Shown: positions 27,223 through 41,600 of the stretch, piece after piece
How the letters are laid out: each line of letters begins with the position of its first letter
Numbering within the stretch: the stretch's first letter is position 1
Assembly (NCBI RefSeq): GCF_963853765.1
Contig: NC_088854.1
Coordinates: forward strand, 11,594,001 to 11,658,000
Length of the DNA stretch: 64,000 bases
Direction of reading: 5' to 3'
From: Magallana gigas
Lineage: Eukaryota
Program-made: the position numbers and the translations under genes
The notes under the pieces: generated by a model
Told to the model about the DNA's origin: nothing
Database searches by the model: none
What the model saw: only the letters and a program-made list of their open reading frames with translations

Positions 27223-27720
27223 CGCGTTCCGCACATCAATCCAAAATGCAATGTTTACATATCACGCGCCGCTAGTCGAATACGCGTGCACGGATGAGTA
27301 TGTAAACAAATCGCCACATGCAGTCTCTTGACTCCTCCTCACAACTCAGCCCATCGCTCAATCTGATTTGTTGACATCTGCGCATGAATATCCGGCTAAC
27401 ACATTATTGAAATACATTAGCATTTAAATTATTAAAATATCTAAGGTTACTATATTTAATTCCAATACTTTCAATTTCCATATTTCTAGATTACAAAAGA
27501 ATTTGAGACATACAATTTTTTCTAAATGAACAGAAATTGATTTTTATTCTATATCTTGCGTAATGTTTGTGAAAAGTCTTTTGAACTCGAACCCGATTTT
27601 CAATTTAAACCGCGGGAAAAGTAGACTATTGTTTGGAAATGGGACATGTCTGACAGAAACAAATTAAGACCTTCGTGAAAAGATGTAAAGGCGTAGATCT
27701 CTATCTTGTTTACTAGAAAG
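27150..27720. promoter_or_regulatory. CpG-retaining promoter/5' region of the FREM2-like gene, possibly bidirectional
   Basis: Many intact CpGs (cgcgccgctagtcgaatacgcgtgcacgg, ctgcgcatg, ctcgaacccga, ccgcggg) next to the start codon, unlike the CpG-poor gene bodies. TSS not determinable. Confidence 0.5.
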
Positions 27721-29100
27721 TAGGCCTTGATGTGCATATTTAAGGGGAAGCGAGAAAATCACCTGATACCAATGGATAATCTGTGTATGATGAAGAAAAT
27801 AATTTGAGATGTCTGATACATTAATTATGTCATTTCAATCAGTGTTAATATATAAACTTGTTTATAAAAAAGGGTATACAGACGGAATCTTTATATTAGA
27901 ATATGAATGCAATGACAAGTAATTGAAGTAGTTGATCTATATTTCTAGAAAAATAAATGGTATACTAAAATTCACCATTTTCTCAAGACACAATCCAGAG
28001 ACTGCATCAGAAAGAGGATTGATCATTGTGGGCATGACTATGAGCAGGGATAATTGAACAGTGCCATGAGAAGAGTAAGAACGGTACGGTAAAACATAGC
28101 ATTTTTTTAAGAGAATTAACAGATAAATGGAGGGCTTTGATTAAGAATTGCATTTTTTTTTTCAATTATTTTGCTCAAACTGCTGATTGTCCTGTAAATG
28201 TTTGTTTATATCATTGTACATTGTGTGACATAATAAATTAACTCAAATGTTTATTTCTTAGAACACATTAGATATTTTCAGCATTGGCATCACAGCAAGA
28301 AATATAACTCTTAAAGTGACTTGTATGTATTTTAGTTGAACAAAAGTTATCCCCCATTTGTAGATTGTTATGCTGATTGACAACCTATTTATCCCATATT
28401 TTCACAAAATTATTCAGGTGACCCATTTTATTTCATTTACATACTGGTATCTATCATTTTTGAAATTGAATTTCATTAAGACTGTGTTTTAGAAGGGGAT
28501 GGCACCTTTTTAGGTAAAATTATGCAAGAATCATTTTAATTACGGTGAATGATACTCACAGGTCATTCAAATAGTCAATCTATATTTTCTAGAAAAAATA
28601 AAATGAACAAAAATCTACCATCTTCTCGAGCAACAATCCAAAAATTAAGCTAGACAACACAGCTGAAGAACCATGTATGATAAAAATCAATGTTTCTGTA
28701 GGAAATGTTTTTTCAACCATTTTTCACTTTTATTTGGATTCAATGGCAGAAAACTTTTCTTTTATTCTCTCCCTTATCTGACAAAAAAAATATTGCAATT
28801 TTTTCATGAGTTTTCCATTTTATTGGATTTGAATTGAATATAAATGGCAATCATTTTGATGATGTGAAATGAGATCCTCAACTGCAGACTTCTTCTTTTG
28901 TTACTGTTAGTACAAAGAGCGGACAGCAATAATTTTATGTGTATACAGGGAATATGTAATGAAAAAGGACTATGTGAGATAAAGTGTTTAATGCCCCAAA
29001 ATTCAGAGTTATGAATAGAGCTTTAGAAATTTGATGAAAGATAGATGAAAAGATTTCTAATTAAAGTTTATAAAGATAAATCATCTCATCGATGTTATTT

Positions 29101-29261
29101 AAACAATAAAATGTTTTCTTTGGTGATTCATTGGATATGAAGGTATAGCGACATTGCAGGAAAAATACATAACCCGCGTTAGCGGGTTATGTTAATTTTT
29201 CCTGCAATGCTCGCTACCTTCATAACCCGCATGAATCATCAAAGAAAGCATTTAATTGTTT
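29101..29261. repeat. 161-bp imperfect palindrome (about 78-bp arms, 4-nt loop), probably part of a DNA transposon extending to about 29600
   Basis: Core cataacccgc-gtta-gcgggttatg (29168-29191). Outer 31-bp arms match with 3 mismatches. Followed by CpG-retaining sequence with two gctgtag...gaccaatcgataaa direct repeats 62 bp apart. Confidence 0.8.
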
Positions 29262-30959
29262 GTATTAACATCTTTCTTTCACTAATTAGTAAACTGATTA
29301 TGAAAAGTTAGTAAAATTCACTAAATTACTGTTAATGCACAAAAGAACGTTAGCTAAAAGAAACAGCCAAATCGTCTCCTGTGAGACTTTGAGTGGCATC
29401 ATCATGATTATTTCGCGCAGTCCGGGATTTTACTAAGGTCGCTGTAGGTTCAGACCAATCGATAAACAGAGCGTGTCAATTTCAGTCCTGTCACTTTCAG
29501 CCGCTGTAGATTTTGACCAATCGATAAATAGGGCGTGCAGATTTCAGTCTGGCTGTTTCTATAGAGCTATGAATAAACTATAAGTTTCTGTAAGAAATAG
29601 AGGAAATTATGCTTGGTAAATGTAAATATATAAATATGTAATACAGTGTATATTAATGTGAGCTAATTTCACAATAGGACATATTTTAGCCATTAATTAT
29701 TGGGATATTTCCTGGGAGTTTTTGGAAAAGGAAATGTCAAGTGCATGCTTGCTCCAACACCATTATACCATATGCAAAGTACTATGAACATAATAAAATT
29801 TATTATTATTAAATGTGAAAATTGTTTGGAGCAACAATGCGCTCTATACTTTCTTCTGTTGAATATGAAGAAAAACTGATGAATTTTTCATGCTTTTAAA
29901 GAAGTTGGGGGAAATGGCCCATTTTCATGACGTCATAGAAGCATGATGAAAGATCGATGTTGTAAAACTTCTAGATTTCTGTAACTTACACAGTTTTATG
30001 TTTTGTTAAAATATCTATATGACCATTAAAATTAAGGAAGATTTCATAACTACAGTATGTTTCCCAGTTCTGCATCCAGGCTAGTTTCTGAGGAGAAAAA
30101 AAATGACATTTGAATTTTACATATACATGTATTCTATTAATTATTGTATCATGTATGTGGAAGTAATTTTTGAGAGTAAACATTTGATGTCATAAATTGA
30201 GTAACATTCTTGCTAAAGCTTAATTCCATTGGCATTGAGGAAAGACTTAATTTGTATTCATCTTTTTATTTCATCTTCTAAAACTCAACAACCTGGATGA
30301 GAGAGAAAAAAGGTCAAAACAAGCATTAGGTTGTGTCTATACTACACACACGTAATTCATATGCTGTATTTTTGACTAAATTATCATAACTTTAATACTG
30401 TAGTAATGATAATTCTGATTTTAATATCTTTTGTTCAAGAAAAATAATTACAAGTTCAAAATGACTGTTGGATGATGAATGACTTGAAATAAATTTATGA
30501 AATAAAAATGACAATTTTACTGGTAATGTTTTAAAGATTGTCTTTGAAGCAAGATTTTATCTGTTATTCAGTAGAACTAATTTTAAAGTAATTTAAAAGC
30601 CATGAGAGAAATTAACATGATAAACTTAGTCTGTATAAATAGTTAAAAGTAATCTTTTTCATAGGCTACTGTTAAAATCAGGCAGTTCAAATTCGTGTGT
30701 GAGAAATCAAGTTGATAAAGTGCTAATCATGGATTAATGTATTTCTAATGGTCAACTGGTGACTGGAAGGCTTTTGTTTACTGCAGTGTGTAGGCACCTC
30801 TCCCACTCCATATGGTATCTTCCCTAAAAGACCTGGAGGATACCTTTCTGAGATCTTCTGATAAAAGGGACTGAGAGTTTGTTTATTCTAAAGGTAGCCA
30901 TGGCTTGTTATATTTTAGTGACTCATGTTAGCTGGCATGCTGTGAAATAAGAAAAATTG

Positions 30960-30961
<2 letters not shown>

Positions 30962-31003
<42 letters not shown>
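30962..31003. repeat. (CT)n microsatellite
   Basis: Direct read. Confidence 0.95.
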
Positions 31004-31007
<4 letters not shown>

Positions 31008-32069
31008 GATTTACATAGAAAAAAGTTATCTCCCTTTTTTAACCAATTTAACTCTGGAAAGTAAGTTCTGAGGTCTGACAGTATTAAGTCTGAAAATAGA
31101 TCCTTCTAGGGAAACATTTAATTCTTATTTTTATTTGATTCCCTGAGACTGACTTTTATGACTTGCATTTGGTTTTTAACAGTTCTGTGAAGTCTGAACA
31201 CCAACAATGTTTAATTGTAGGGAAATAACTATAAGTAAAGTTCTCTTTGAGTCTTAAATTTGAAATTAATATTGTTTGTGATAGTCATTTATTATGGGTG
31301 AACTACAGTTATTTTTCTCACGTATTATTCTCGCTGAACTTGTAATTCTTGTTTTCTTTTAGGCAGAATCGTGTGTAGGGTTTGGTTTCAAATTAATACG
31401 TAAAACAGTAATCTTTCAAACTTAAGTTTGCAGTATTATCATGGCCATAATGAAAGTTAACTTTTTGGAAAAAAAGAAAAATATAACAAGAAAATCCAGT
31501 TTTATAAGGGACTAGCTTTGTTATATAATGAATCTATGAAAGTAATGTGCAAAAGATTTTTACATGTAACAGTATTGAGTCACTTTAATGCCTTGCCCAG
31601 CTATTATTTATGAATAGATATTGAATAACAAAGTTGTGAACATTTTTGTTTTTCTGTTGTTTGAAGTAAATGTAGTCAATTAAATACAAAATTAAACTTA
31701 TGATTTAGTTAAAAATGTACAAATGCTAATTAAAAAGAAAACCTGAGTTTTCTAATCTAACAAATTAGCATGTGTGTTATATTTGTGAATGAAGCAACAA
31801 TGTATGAATGAGATTTAACTGTAAAGAAAAGGAGACATCAAATAATTATGTAAATTAATGATAATTCATTATAATACTGCTGTGATGTTAAAAAAATTTC
31901 CCAAATTAATACACAATAATTTTATTTTAGATATATGTGTAAGAAGGATTTTGATTCTGTGAACAAGAAGTGCAATAAAAGGTAACAATTAATGCATGAG
32001 ATTTTCCTGGTTTAATTAGAGAGTGTAATATATATTAAAAGTCAGATGATATTCTTCTCTTACTGGCAG

Positions 32070-32283
32070 GATCTAGAGAAATCAGTCATGCATAGCTGTT
32101 GAAGATTTACTGGCCATTGGCCTACATTATGGTCACAGGTAAACGAATCAACCATTTAACCAGTAGCATCAAAGTCCTGTCCATGTTTACTTCAGCTTTG
32201 TTTATGTGTTTACTGCAGGCACTGTGATTTTTATTTTCTACAGGAGAGATTCTCATTTGTGTTGTTTCCTAATTAATTGACAG
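32070..32283 (+). other. Candidate non-coding 5'UTR exons of the plus-strand mosaic gene (32070-32138 and 32244-32283)
   Basis: Pyrimidine tract + cag acceptors (ttcttctcttactggcag; ttttattttctacag) paired with CAG|GTAAAC and CAG|GTAAGA donors. No transcript evidence. Confidence 0.35.
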
Positions 32284-34865
32284 GTAAGATACTTGAATTT
32301 TGTGCACTTTAATCTTTTTGTTGCTGTTGTAGATATTTACTATAGAGTAGCTTGAAGATGTCAGTTGCAGAGTTGATAGTAGACTATGTAGGGTATTGAA
32401 AGAAGTTATTAAGTTGGGGATTAGTCATCTAGGGTTTATTAGTAATGGGTAGATGTCTTTTAAGACCAGCTAGGGTATAAACAAGAGTATCCATATATGT
32501 GAGTCATAGAGATGTATTTAAATTAGTACATTTCTAAGATGATTACTAGATAAACAATTCAATTTATTCTCTAAAACCATTTACATTCAATGGTACATGA
32601 GGTACATAAACATATTTGTGTTAAATATATTGTCAATGGTATGAATTGAGTAATAGACCTGATTAGATAATTATAAAAACAAACCAAACAAACATATAAA
32701 TTGATAGTTATATGCATCATACCAAACTCTGAAGTTTGAATTTATTTTCTTTCAGAGGCAAGTTTTTTTTTTTAGATTATGAGGAATGATTGCATTGAGA
32801 ATACTGTAGAGGCATCAGTTATCACACGAAGCTGCATTGCGAATCTGAAACTTTAAGTGCCTTTGCTATAAATATCAATAGTCAACCATTTAGAATAGTA
32901 TGTCTTTGAAAAGATTGAATTCTGGCAACGATATGCATTTAATGAGATATTTTTATTTTTAAAAATGAAAATGTTTCCTGCAAAAGTGTGAAATAAAGAT
33001 ATTTGATATGAAATTTTGTACATGAGAATTGAATTAAATAAAGGTAAACTGTCAGAATACAGTACAATGTTTAAGGAACACTGACAGGTGTAACAGTAAG
33101 TATATTTTACTTAAGTGTGGCCTTGTTAGGATCAAAATTTAATATCTTTACACTCCACCTACCCTTTGTTTCTATCATCAGACATGATGATGTATCTGAA
33201 GGATCCAATCAATTTGAAAATAATTTACGTGTAAAACATTGATTATTATTCACTTTGTAGTGCATGTTAATTTGCTTAATATGAAGAAGCACTTCTGTTA
33301 TCAGGTGAAAATTATCTGGTATTGTTCTACATTTGATTAAAATATCCTATTACGGAAAACTGTGATTATACGTTTTAAGAGAAATTATACTAAACTGAAG
33401 ACAAAGTCAGTATACACAACAGATAAAATGGCTTTTTTTTTTAAATGATTCATTACGCAGGCAGTGGCAATTTATCAATTTGATGTCATCATTTGATAAG
33501 CTTGGGACACTTGTTCAGAGGTAGATCACAAATTGTGTTACACAACACATTCAGAAGGAGGCCTGTATGATTTTATTCTCTGATTTTGATCATTGTTTGA
33601 TTGCCCAGGGCTGTATAATGGATAGTGTTAATTTTTATCCTGGACAAGATCTCTCATATAGAAATTCCTGGGTGCTATAGGCGAGATATGTCAGGAGCCA
33701 GTTGTGCTTGTTTATGAGGGATTTTTTATTTTATTTGTTTGAAATTTCTTCCAGATTTTGTATGTAAGTATTTATTTTATATTCCAAATCTGATATCTTT
33801 TTAAAAAATTACTTTTTTACCCCCCCCCCCTAAATTATTATCTTAAAATTAAAAAGAGTGTAGGAAGACCTTTCATTCCTCATCCTAAATTTTCTCCTTT
33901 TGGAAGCATTATTTAGGATTGTGACTATGAATATGAAATAACTGATGAAAGTAATATAAAAATGGTTTGTCAATTAATTGTTATCCTTTATAATCAATTA
34001 TTTAATGCAATATTTATTAAACACGTAAAAATCTCTACAATATTTTGTAAATATGTATAAAAATTTTTTTTAGCTTTGTTATATCTTTATTTACTGGATG
34101 AGGGGGGGGGGGGGGGGGGTGTGTGTGTGTGACAAATTACCATGTCAGACTTAATCCAAAGCATGTAACAATTTTGTGAATCGCCTAAGCTCATAACAGT
34201 GTATGTGTACCGGTATGTCTTTACATTCTAACTTGCAGACAGACAAGGACAGGTCAGGTACAGCAAAACTATTATGTCTGACACCTGTCTCCTGTACCTG
34301 AATTCACCTGACAACATGCTGTCTTCTTCAAATTATATGTTTCTCCTTTTCATAAATTCAGTTTGTTTTGATTATCTGTAAATCGTTTTCATGATGAGTA
34401 ATTATCACAAGTATAAGAAACTTATGAAATAAGGAATATATATACATTCCTATACTCTTCTGTTTTAGAAATGAAAAACATATCAGAAAGTGAAAAATGA
34501 AATAAATTTACCTGAGAGTGGTATAATTAAGGTGTCTGAATACTCCTCACAAATTGTTTTCAAACTGGGGAAGGAATCCTGTTATAATACCATTATATTG
34601 GTGGTACATCTGCACTAACAGGGACCATGCAGTGCTACTGGTAATAGAGTTTGTCATCTATAGGAGTCCATTTAAAATATTGCTTACCATTTGTCCATGG
34701 CTGTGTTAGGGTTAATGTTTTGCCAACATTGTGTCTTTTTATTTTAGATGTGATGCATGGTTTTGGGGTTTGTTTTTATTATTGAAATATGTTAGTTTAT
34801 AAAAAATATTTTTGTTTCCTTTCAGTTTTTTAGATCTAAGAGATTTCCAAACTCCACAGAAAACC

Positions 34866-34923
34866 ATGTGGAGAAAAGTAGTTTGGTGGAGTTTTCTTCT
34901 TGGGTCATTCTCAACTGTGCAAG
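34866..34923 (+). CDS. Signal-peptide exon MWRKVVWWSFLLGSFSTVQ(A)
   Basis: aaaaccATG context, basic n-region plus hydrophobic core, CAAG|GTAAGT donor, phase 1 matches the next exon. Not in the ORF track. Confidence 0.8.
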
Positions 34924-37900
34924 GTAAGTGCATAATTTACTTTGTTGATCATCTCAGCTGCCTCTGATTCCTTTAGATTATAACTGTGTAGGAAAGCCTG
35001 GTCATTTAAAGAGTTCATTGTATATTGAAATATATTTGTATATATGAAAGTAAAATGCTGTGAATGTTGTAGCTTAGTGACTTAATCTCAGTGATGCTGT
35101 GTTCTGGATGTGTAATTTCAGTCACTAAAGATCATTATTGTACAATTTAGGGGTCCAGTTTTGTCTTGTTTTCAAACCCACTGCACAAAAACAAAATTTC
35201 CAGCCTTTGCATAAAATTACACATTCATAAAGGAGAATGTGGTATGATTGATCATGCATTTTCATTGAAATCCCACTTTTAAAGAATATTTTCTCGGAAT
35301 TATAAGTTGATCAGAGGGAGGAGGAAGTCAAATATATAGTGTGCATCCAATTAGCTTATTTTGTGTTGTGGAGACAGTCTTAAAAATTATATTGCATAAA
35401 TCTGAGTATTTTGATTTAAGTACCATATTTGGTTTACTCTCTGACTCCGAGCAACCACTGTAAGGGTGTTGAAGGTTAAAAGTTGGAAAAACAACCTGTG
35501 ATAATTAATTACCAATTGTTCTTAGTTTTATTTTATCCTATTCATCTATACCCCACTCTGCAAAGGGGGGATACTAGGACCTTGAATCAGTCATATATAA
35601 AGTCAAGGTAGAAAAAAAATGTTTTTTTTAAACAGAATTAACTCAAGGTTTATTTTAGTCAATGTTCTGAAGCCGTAAGGAAGTATATTTTTGGTGTAGA
35701 TTTTATGTTTGTAATATTGTAAGAAACATATGCTGTTAGATTACAAATTATTTATTAAGATCATTTTGTTGCCTCAAAGACAATACCACTTGTATTTTTT
35801 CTTGGGTCCAATTGCATGTTCACAGTTTTCATTAACTGATGTTAAAAAATTTTTGCCTTAAGAACGCTGATAAATTCCAGTTTATATGCACAATATATGT
35901 ACTTTAAATTCAAGGTGTTGTTTTAACAATTAGCAGCAGAACTGCACAATTTTTAATTCACATATTCTACTTTGAATTGATAATAAGAAGAATTACCTTT
36001 TAACTTAAAATGCAAATTAATGAATTGTTTACAGGCATTTGTGCTCTCATAAAAAATCATCGTTTTTGTCTTTTTTTTATTTTAGATTATGTTCCCTCAT
36101 GCATCATAAATAATGCATTCACAATGACAAATGAAGTAATTTTTCCTCATTTAAACAGGGTGCTCCTTTTAGTGACAGGCTATCCTCCATCTTCATCAAT
36201 CATAATGGCCTGAAAGTGTTGAACTTGATAAACAAGCTACTCATGATATGATCTCAAAGGTCATAATTAACACCTCACAAATTATTAGATAAATGTATTA
36301 GCATTTTCAAAAGCCATAGTTTAGGTTTGCTTATACCTTATACCTCTATTAAAGCATGTCCACTCTGTCTTATTTTGTGCTCCACTTTTCCCACAGTGAC
36401 ATCCTCTGGATACCAAGAGGTCAAGGCTTCAACCAATGTGAAACTAAATAATGTCGGTATCACTATGTCAGTAGTTTCTACCATTTCATAATTGTTGCCA
36501 TTTGGATTAAGTATGCTTGTCAATAGATGGATGTGTTAAGGTATATGGCATGGTTCAAAAGTTGTAGGCAAGATTAAAGGTAGAGTAATCAAATTAGCAC
36601 ACAGACTGCTTATTGAAAGAGCAAGAACTCTACAATTTTCAAGGGCAAAAGCCATGGTAGCTCTAGACTTGAATTGAAATTCCTTGTCTTTAAACCATAG
36701 ACAATACACAGACTATGCAGACACGGATAGGATCATACTTGAAGCATAGGTTATTTATGGCCACAGAATGAATCATTTTGCGTTTAAGGTCAAAGGTCAA
36801 GTTCATGCTGTAAGAAATTCCTTGTTTAGAAACCTTGTAGGCAAGACACAGACTATGCTGAGGTCATACTTGTACTTGCTACACTGGTTGCTTATGACAA
36901 TAAGGTAAACCCTGTTAAATTATTTAGCATAGGTGAGAGTTTAAAGGTTAAGGTTTCAAGACTTTGCTATTTCCCTTTGACAGAAACAAACGATTGCTGG
37001 CACACTAGATCATTCCATATCTGGGTGACAATATGATTTCAGATGTCTAGTAATATCTTGCTCCTAGGCTTACTGTTATAAAATTCTGTTGATAAATCTA
37101 GATAAAAATAAAACTAATCTTATTCATGCGCCTTACCCTTAAGGAATATCATGAAAAGCAGTCACTGTTTTACATGTACAGATACCAGCCAGTACTTTCA
37201 TTCAAATAAAAGTTACCATAAATTTACAATGTCGGTAATCTTTGATAATTCAGTATATGCCTGTATCAAAAGTGATTTTTGGACCAAAATGCAATTATTT
37301 CATTTGATCCATTTGAAAAGCTTGCCATAAGAGTAAGATTTTACTGATTGCTAGTATTATAACATTGTCCAACTTGAATATTTTATAATCAAAATATCCT
37401 TAGTTAGGGATTTTACAAAATGCTTAGCAATTTTTTATAAAAGGCCACCCTAAAAAAAATATTTGTTTTGCACTTGCGCTTTATCTTCCAACTCAGTGAT
37501 TACATTAATGAAAGTCACCTATAGTAAACTGCTTCTGCAAGACTTCATTTAATACTTTATTCATGCTGTATAAATCTGTTAATTTACAGCTAACACACTG
37601 TGTCCCAGTGGAAGCCCTTTTATTGTCAAAAAGTGCTCAAATGATAGCGCATGTTCCACTGTGTCGGAATATTGTCACCAGGGCACCTGCTGTCCCAAAG
37701 ATCATGTTAATACAGGTAAATTAACTATTTGTAAAGGCTTTCACCAGTAATAAAGCATAAATGAACCAGGTACAGAGCAATAGGAGGCCAGTTTTTAATC
37801 AGTTTACCTTACTTTCTCATGAGAAATTTTTTTGTTTTTCTTCTGGGTCTTTAACACACAAATAGTAGCCAGTCTGTGCTGTGTTTTTGTTAGGTCATAA

Positions 37901-38584
37901 CTAGTACATGTATATATTTAATTTAAAAGGTGCACTAATTTACACTGTTCTGTTTTGTAAAATAATTTGATTTCCAATATTGTAGAAATAACATGTCAAA
38001 ATGTATATATTTTAAAATACGTTGCAAATTAGTAATAGCAAATATGTGTGTCTGTCTGTGTGCAGTGACCTTGAACTAGTTTCTAAGTCAAATAAATGTC
38101 ATGGAATTGGCATTTTATTGACTCTGTTATCCTTCCTCTTGACTGCATGTATGTATATGCATTATACCTCTTGTATTGAAAATTGTGCATTGATCTTGAA
38201 TTAAATTTTTAAAACAAGGCCCTTAGAGAGGGTCACCATCTAAATAATGTCTAGGTATTTCAAGTAGGGTAAGGTTAATGTCAAATTTAAGTTATTTTCT
38301 TTATTGGATTACATGTACAGTAAAACTTGGTTATAGCGAAGTCCGTGGGACCATTGGATTTACTTCGTTATATCCGTAATTCATTATATCCGTACACCGA
38401 ATTCGGAATAATAACTATAGCGAATTCACTATATGCATGTTTTCTTTCACCAAACTATGATTTTTAGGTCACCTGAGCTGAAAGCTCAAGTGTGCTATTC
38501 TGATCACATTTTGTCTGTCGTCCGTCAGTTTGTCTGTCCGTCTGTAATTTTTTTTCACATTTTCAACATCTTTTCAAGAACCAT

Positions 38585-38622
<38 letters not shown>

Positions 38623-41600
38623 AGGCTAAGGGGATTCAAAGTTGTGAAAATGACCACGCCCTTTTACAAGGGGAGATAATTAGGAATTATTGAAAATTTT
38701 CGAGAAATTTTCAAAAATCTTCTTCTCAAGAACCATAAGGCAAGGAAAGCTGAAACTTGTGTGGAAGCACCCTCAGGTAGTGTAGATTCAAAGTTGTGAA
38801 AAACATGACCCCTTGATGGCAGGGTGGGGCCACAATGGGGGGTCAAATTTTACAATTTTTTATAAATATATAGAGTAAATGTTTAAAAATCTTCTTCTCA
38901 AGAACCATTTGGCCAGGAAAGCTGAACCTTATGTGAAAGCATTTCCAGGTAGTGTAGATTCAAAGTTGTGAAAAGCATGACCCTCCAACATTGGGTGGGG
39001 CCACAATGGGGGTCAACTTTTTACATAGGAATATATTGAGTAATGCTTTAAAAATCTTCTTCTCAGAAACTATTTGGCCAGGAAAGCTAAAATTTGGTAC
39101 AATGATTGCTTGTGACCTCTAAATTTGTCCTAACTTGAGCTTTGGTCATTGGTGCTAGTTCAATGTCACTATAAGAAGAGGAGCATCCCTTATTTTCTAA
39201 TATAGAAATGCTTCAGTTTTGATAATTTTATGAGCAGGGGTTGTCATTTGTGAGCTTGCTAACAGTACCTCTTGGTTTTTTTTCAATGAAGGGATGGGCT
39301 TCTATTTAAGTTAAAAAAGTAAGAAAAAAAATTTAATTAAGTAAATGGTCTCAAAAATTCATTATTGGGAAATGGTTAAAAATGATATTTGATTTTTGCT
39401 ATGCAAGGCCATATATAGACTGAAAATGATAAAATTTAATTATAAAATTCTGATTAAAAATGTTTATTGTTAGATTAAAGCTGTTTTGTCATATCAATTT
39501 GACAACATAACTGAATCAAGGTCATTTGGTAAATGTCAATAAACATTAGATTTCAATCTGTCTGAATTGTGTTTGGTTCATTACCTTATATTGGAGCAGA
39601 GTTAGACAGTAGGTACATACACCTGGAACAGACTGCTTTTAACCTGAGGGTGGGTGGTGACCTTTTACAAAATTTACTTAGTCAATAACATGCTGTTGTT
39701 TGAATCAATTTTTGATTTCATTTACAAAAAAAAGTTCTGAATACTTGAATTAGATTAAGAAATATCACATGACCTTAAACTATGATCATTTAGTGCTTTG
39801 AATCTGATCTGACAAAGTCTGATTATAAAAACTGTCTTTTGAGGATAATTGTATTAACATTCTTTGTATATTTCCTTTTTATTAACCGGGTTTTCCAACA
39901 GAAAAATCCGGTTATTAAAATGGTGAAAATGGCGGGCGGGCGGATGGGCGGGCGGGTGGCTGCCAAAAGGGTACCCTCATTGTACGGATAACTCCTCCTA
40001 CAGTTTTCAAGATAGGAAGTTGTTCTTTTGCAGATCAATTGTGCATATGTCAGAGGTGTGCATATTGCTAGGATTTTGATTTCAAATAATTTATAGAAAA
40101 AATACCAGCTTTTGAACTTAGTCATTTTTTGGCAAAATATTGCATATAGGGAACCCTCATTGTACGGATAACTCCTCCTACAGTTCTCAAGATAGGAAGT
40201 TGTTCTTTTGCAGATTAATTGTACATATATTAGAGGTGTGCATATTGCTAGGATTTTGATTTCCGATAATTTATGAAAAAAATACCAGCTTTTGAACTTA
40301 GCCATTTTTTGGCAAAATATTGCATATAGGGTACCCTCATTGTACAGATAACTCCTCCTACAGTTCTCAAGATAGGAAGTTGTTCTTTTGCAGATCAATT
40401 GTACATATATCAGAGGTGTGCATATTGCTAGGATTTTGATTTCCGATAATTTATGAAAAAAATACCAGCTTTTGAACTTAGTCATTTTTTGGCAAAATGT
40501 TGCATATACATGTAGGGTACTCCATTTCACTGGATATGGGTTGACATGGATTATGGATACAGTTTACATAAAAGAAAACCCGGTTTGCTGTCACATTGAC
40601 AGCTTTTCACTTGTATAAATTGTAAATCAGAGACATTTGTAATTCCATTATATTTGTCAAACCTGATAATGTATGAAATGTATTGAATAATATACATGTA
40701 AACATTCTTAAATTTTACTTTCTCTATACATTTTTTGATAAGTTCTTGTTTAAGTTAATAAAACTTTTGATTTTATTTATCCTAAAAGTGTATGTATCTT
40801 TGGGCTTCAGATGTTAGAGCCTCAGTTTTCCAGACGCTTCAGTTTTTTAGCAAATTTATTTTTGAGACCAGTATTGTCATTTCATAGTTGAAAGTGCTTT
40901 AAAATGACTTTTGTAGAATTTATGTAATCTGCAAATAATATCTTGGTTCAGATATTTCATTAAGTGTGCCTCACTAGTGACTATTCAACTGGATCAGGGT
41001 TCATGGTCGCTATTTTTTCAACATACTGCTTTGAAAAGGAAATCTATGAAACAAACGCTCAGACTTAACACTTACTGATTTTTTCTTTCAGCTCAAGCCC
41101 GTTGTTCCTATGATGCCATGTTCGTACCACAGACAGAGTGTAAAGCTGATCCCAATGTCTGTCGGGCGGGGGATATATGTGATCCAGTGACAAAGTGGTG
41201 TTGTCCCCCTTTGAGAGGTATAGGCAGATATAAGGTTGAAATAACTTTGTACAATATGGTTGTCATATTACATATAAAAGAAAGATGGCAAAAATACACA
41301 TTTGGTAATACCAACATAGTTGAATAATTGGGGTTTGCAACATCTACTTGTTCAAGAACCCAACTACAGATGATTTTGCTGTCAGCTATTGTCAATACCA
41401 CATTGTATTGATATTTCATACTAAATAAGAAAACTAAAGTAATTTGCATGTATTACATATTTTTTTTAATCAACCACAATCTATAATATAAGTTATTTTC
41501 TTTTAATCAACCAAAATATATAAGATTTGATGAACAACATAAAATTTACAAAGACTATGACTGCATTGTAAACAAATGGGGTCAGAGGAAATTTACCTAC

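Noticed and set aside
27223-27234. GTG start (MRNA...) of the 1682-aa ORF
   Set aside because: Artefact of a prokaryote-style ORF caller; the first ATG is at 27222.
35545-36900. Possible old HINE-like element and ORF 36338-36523
   Set aside because: Only scattered motifs (tatacccc...ggggg, ggtcaaaggtcaag); boundaries and coding potential cannot be supported.
39823-40530. 235-aa ORF with 60-aa repeats
   Set aside because: It is the antisense reading of three 180-bp (multiple of 3) satellite monomers inside a HINE element; no protein-like features.
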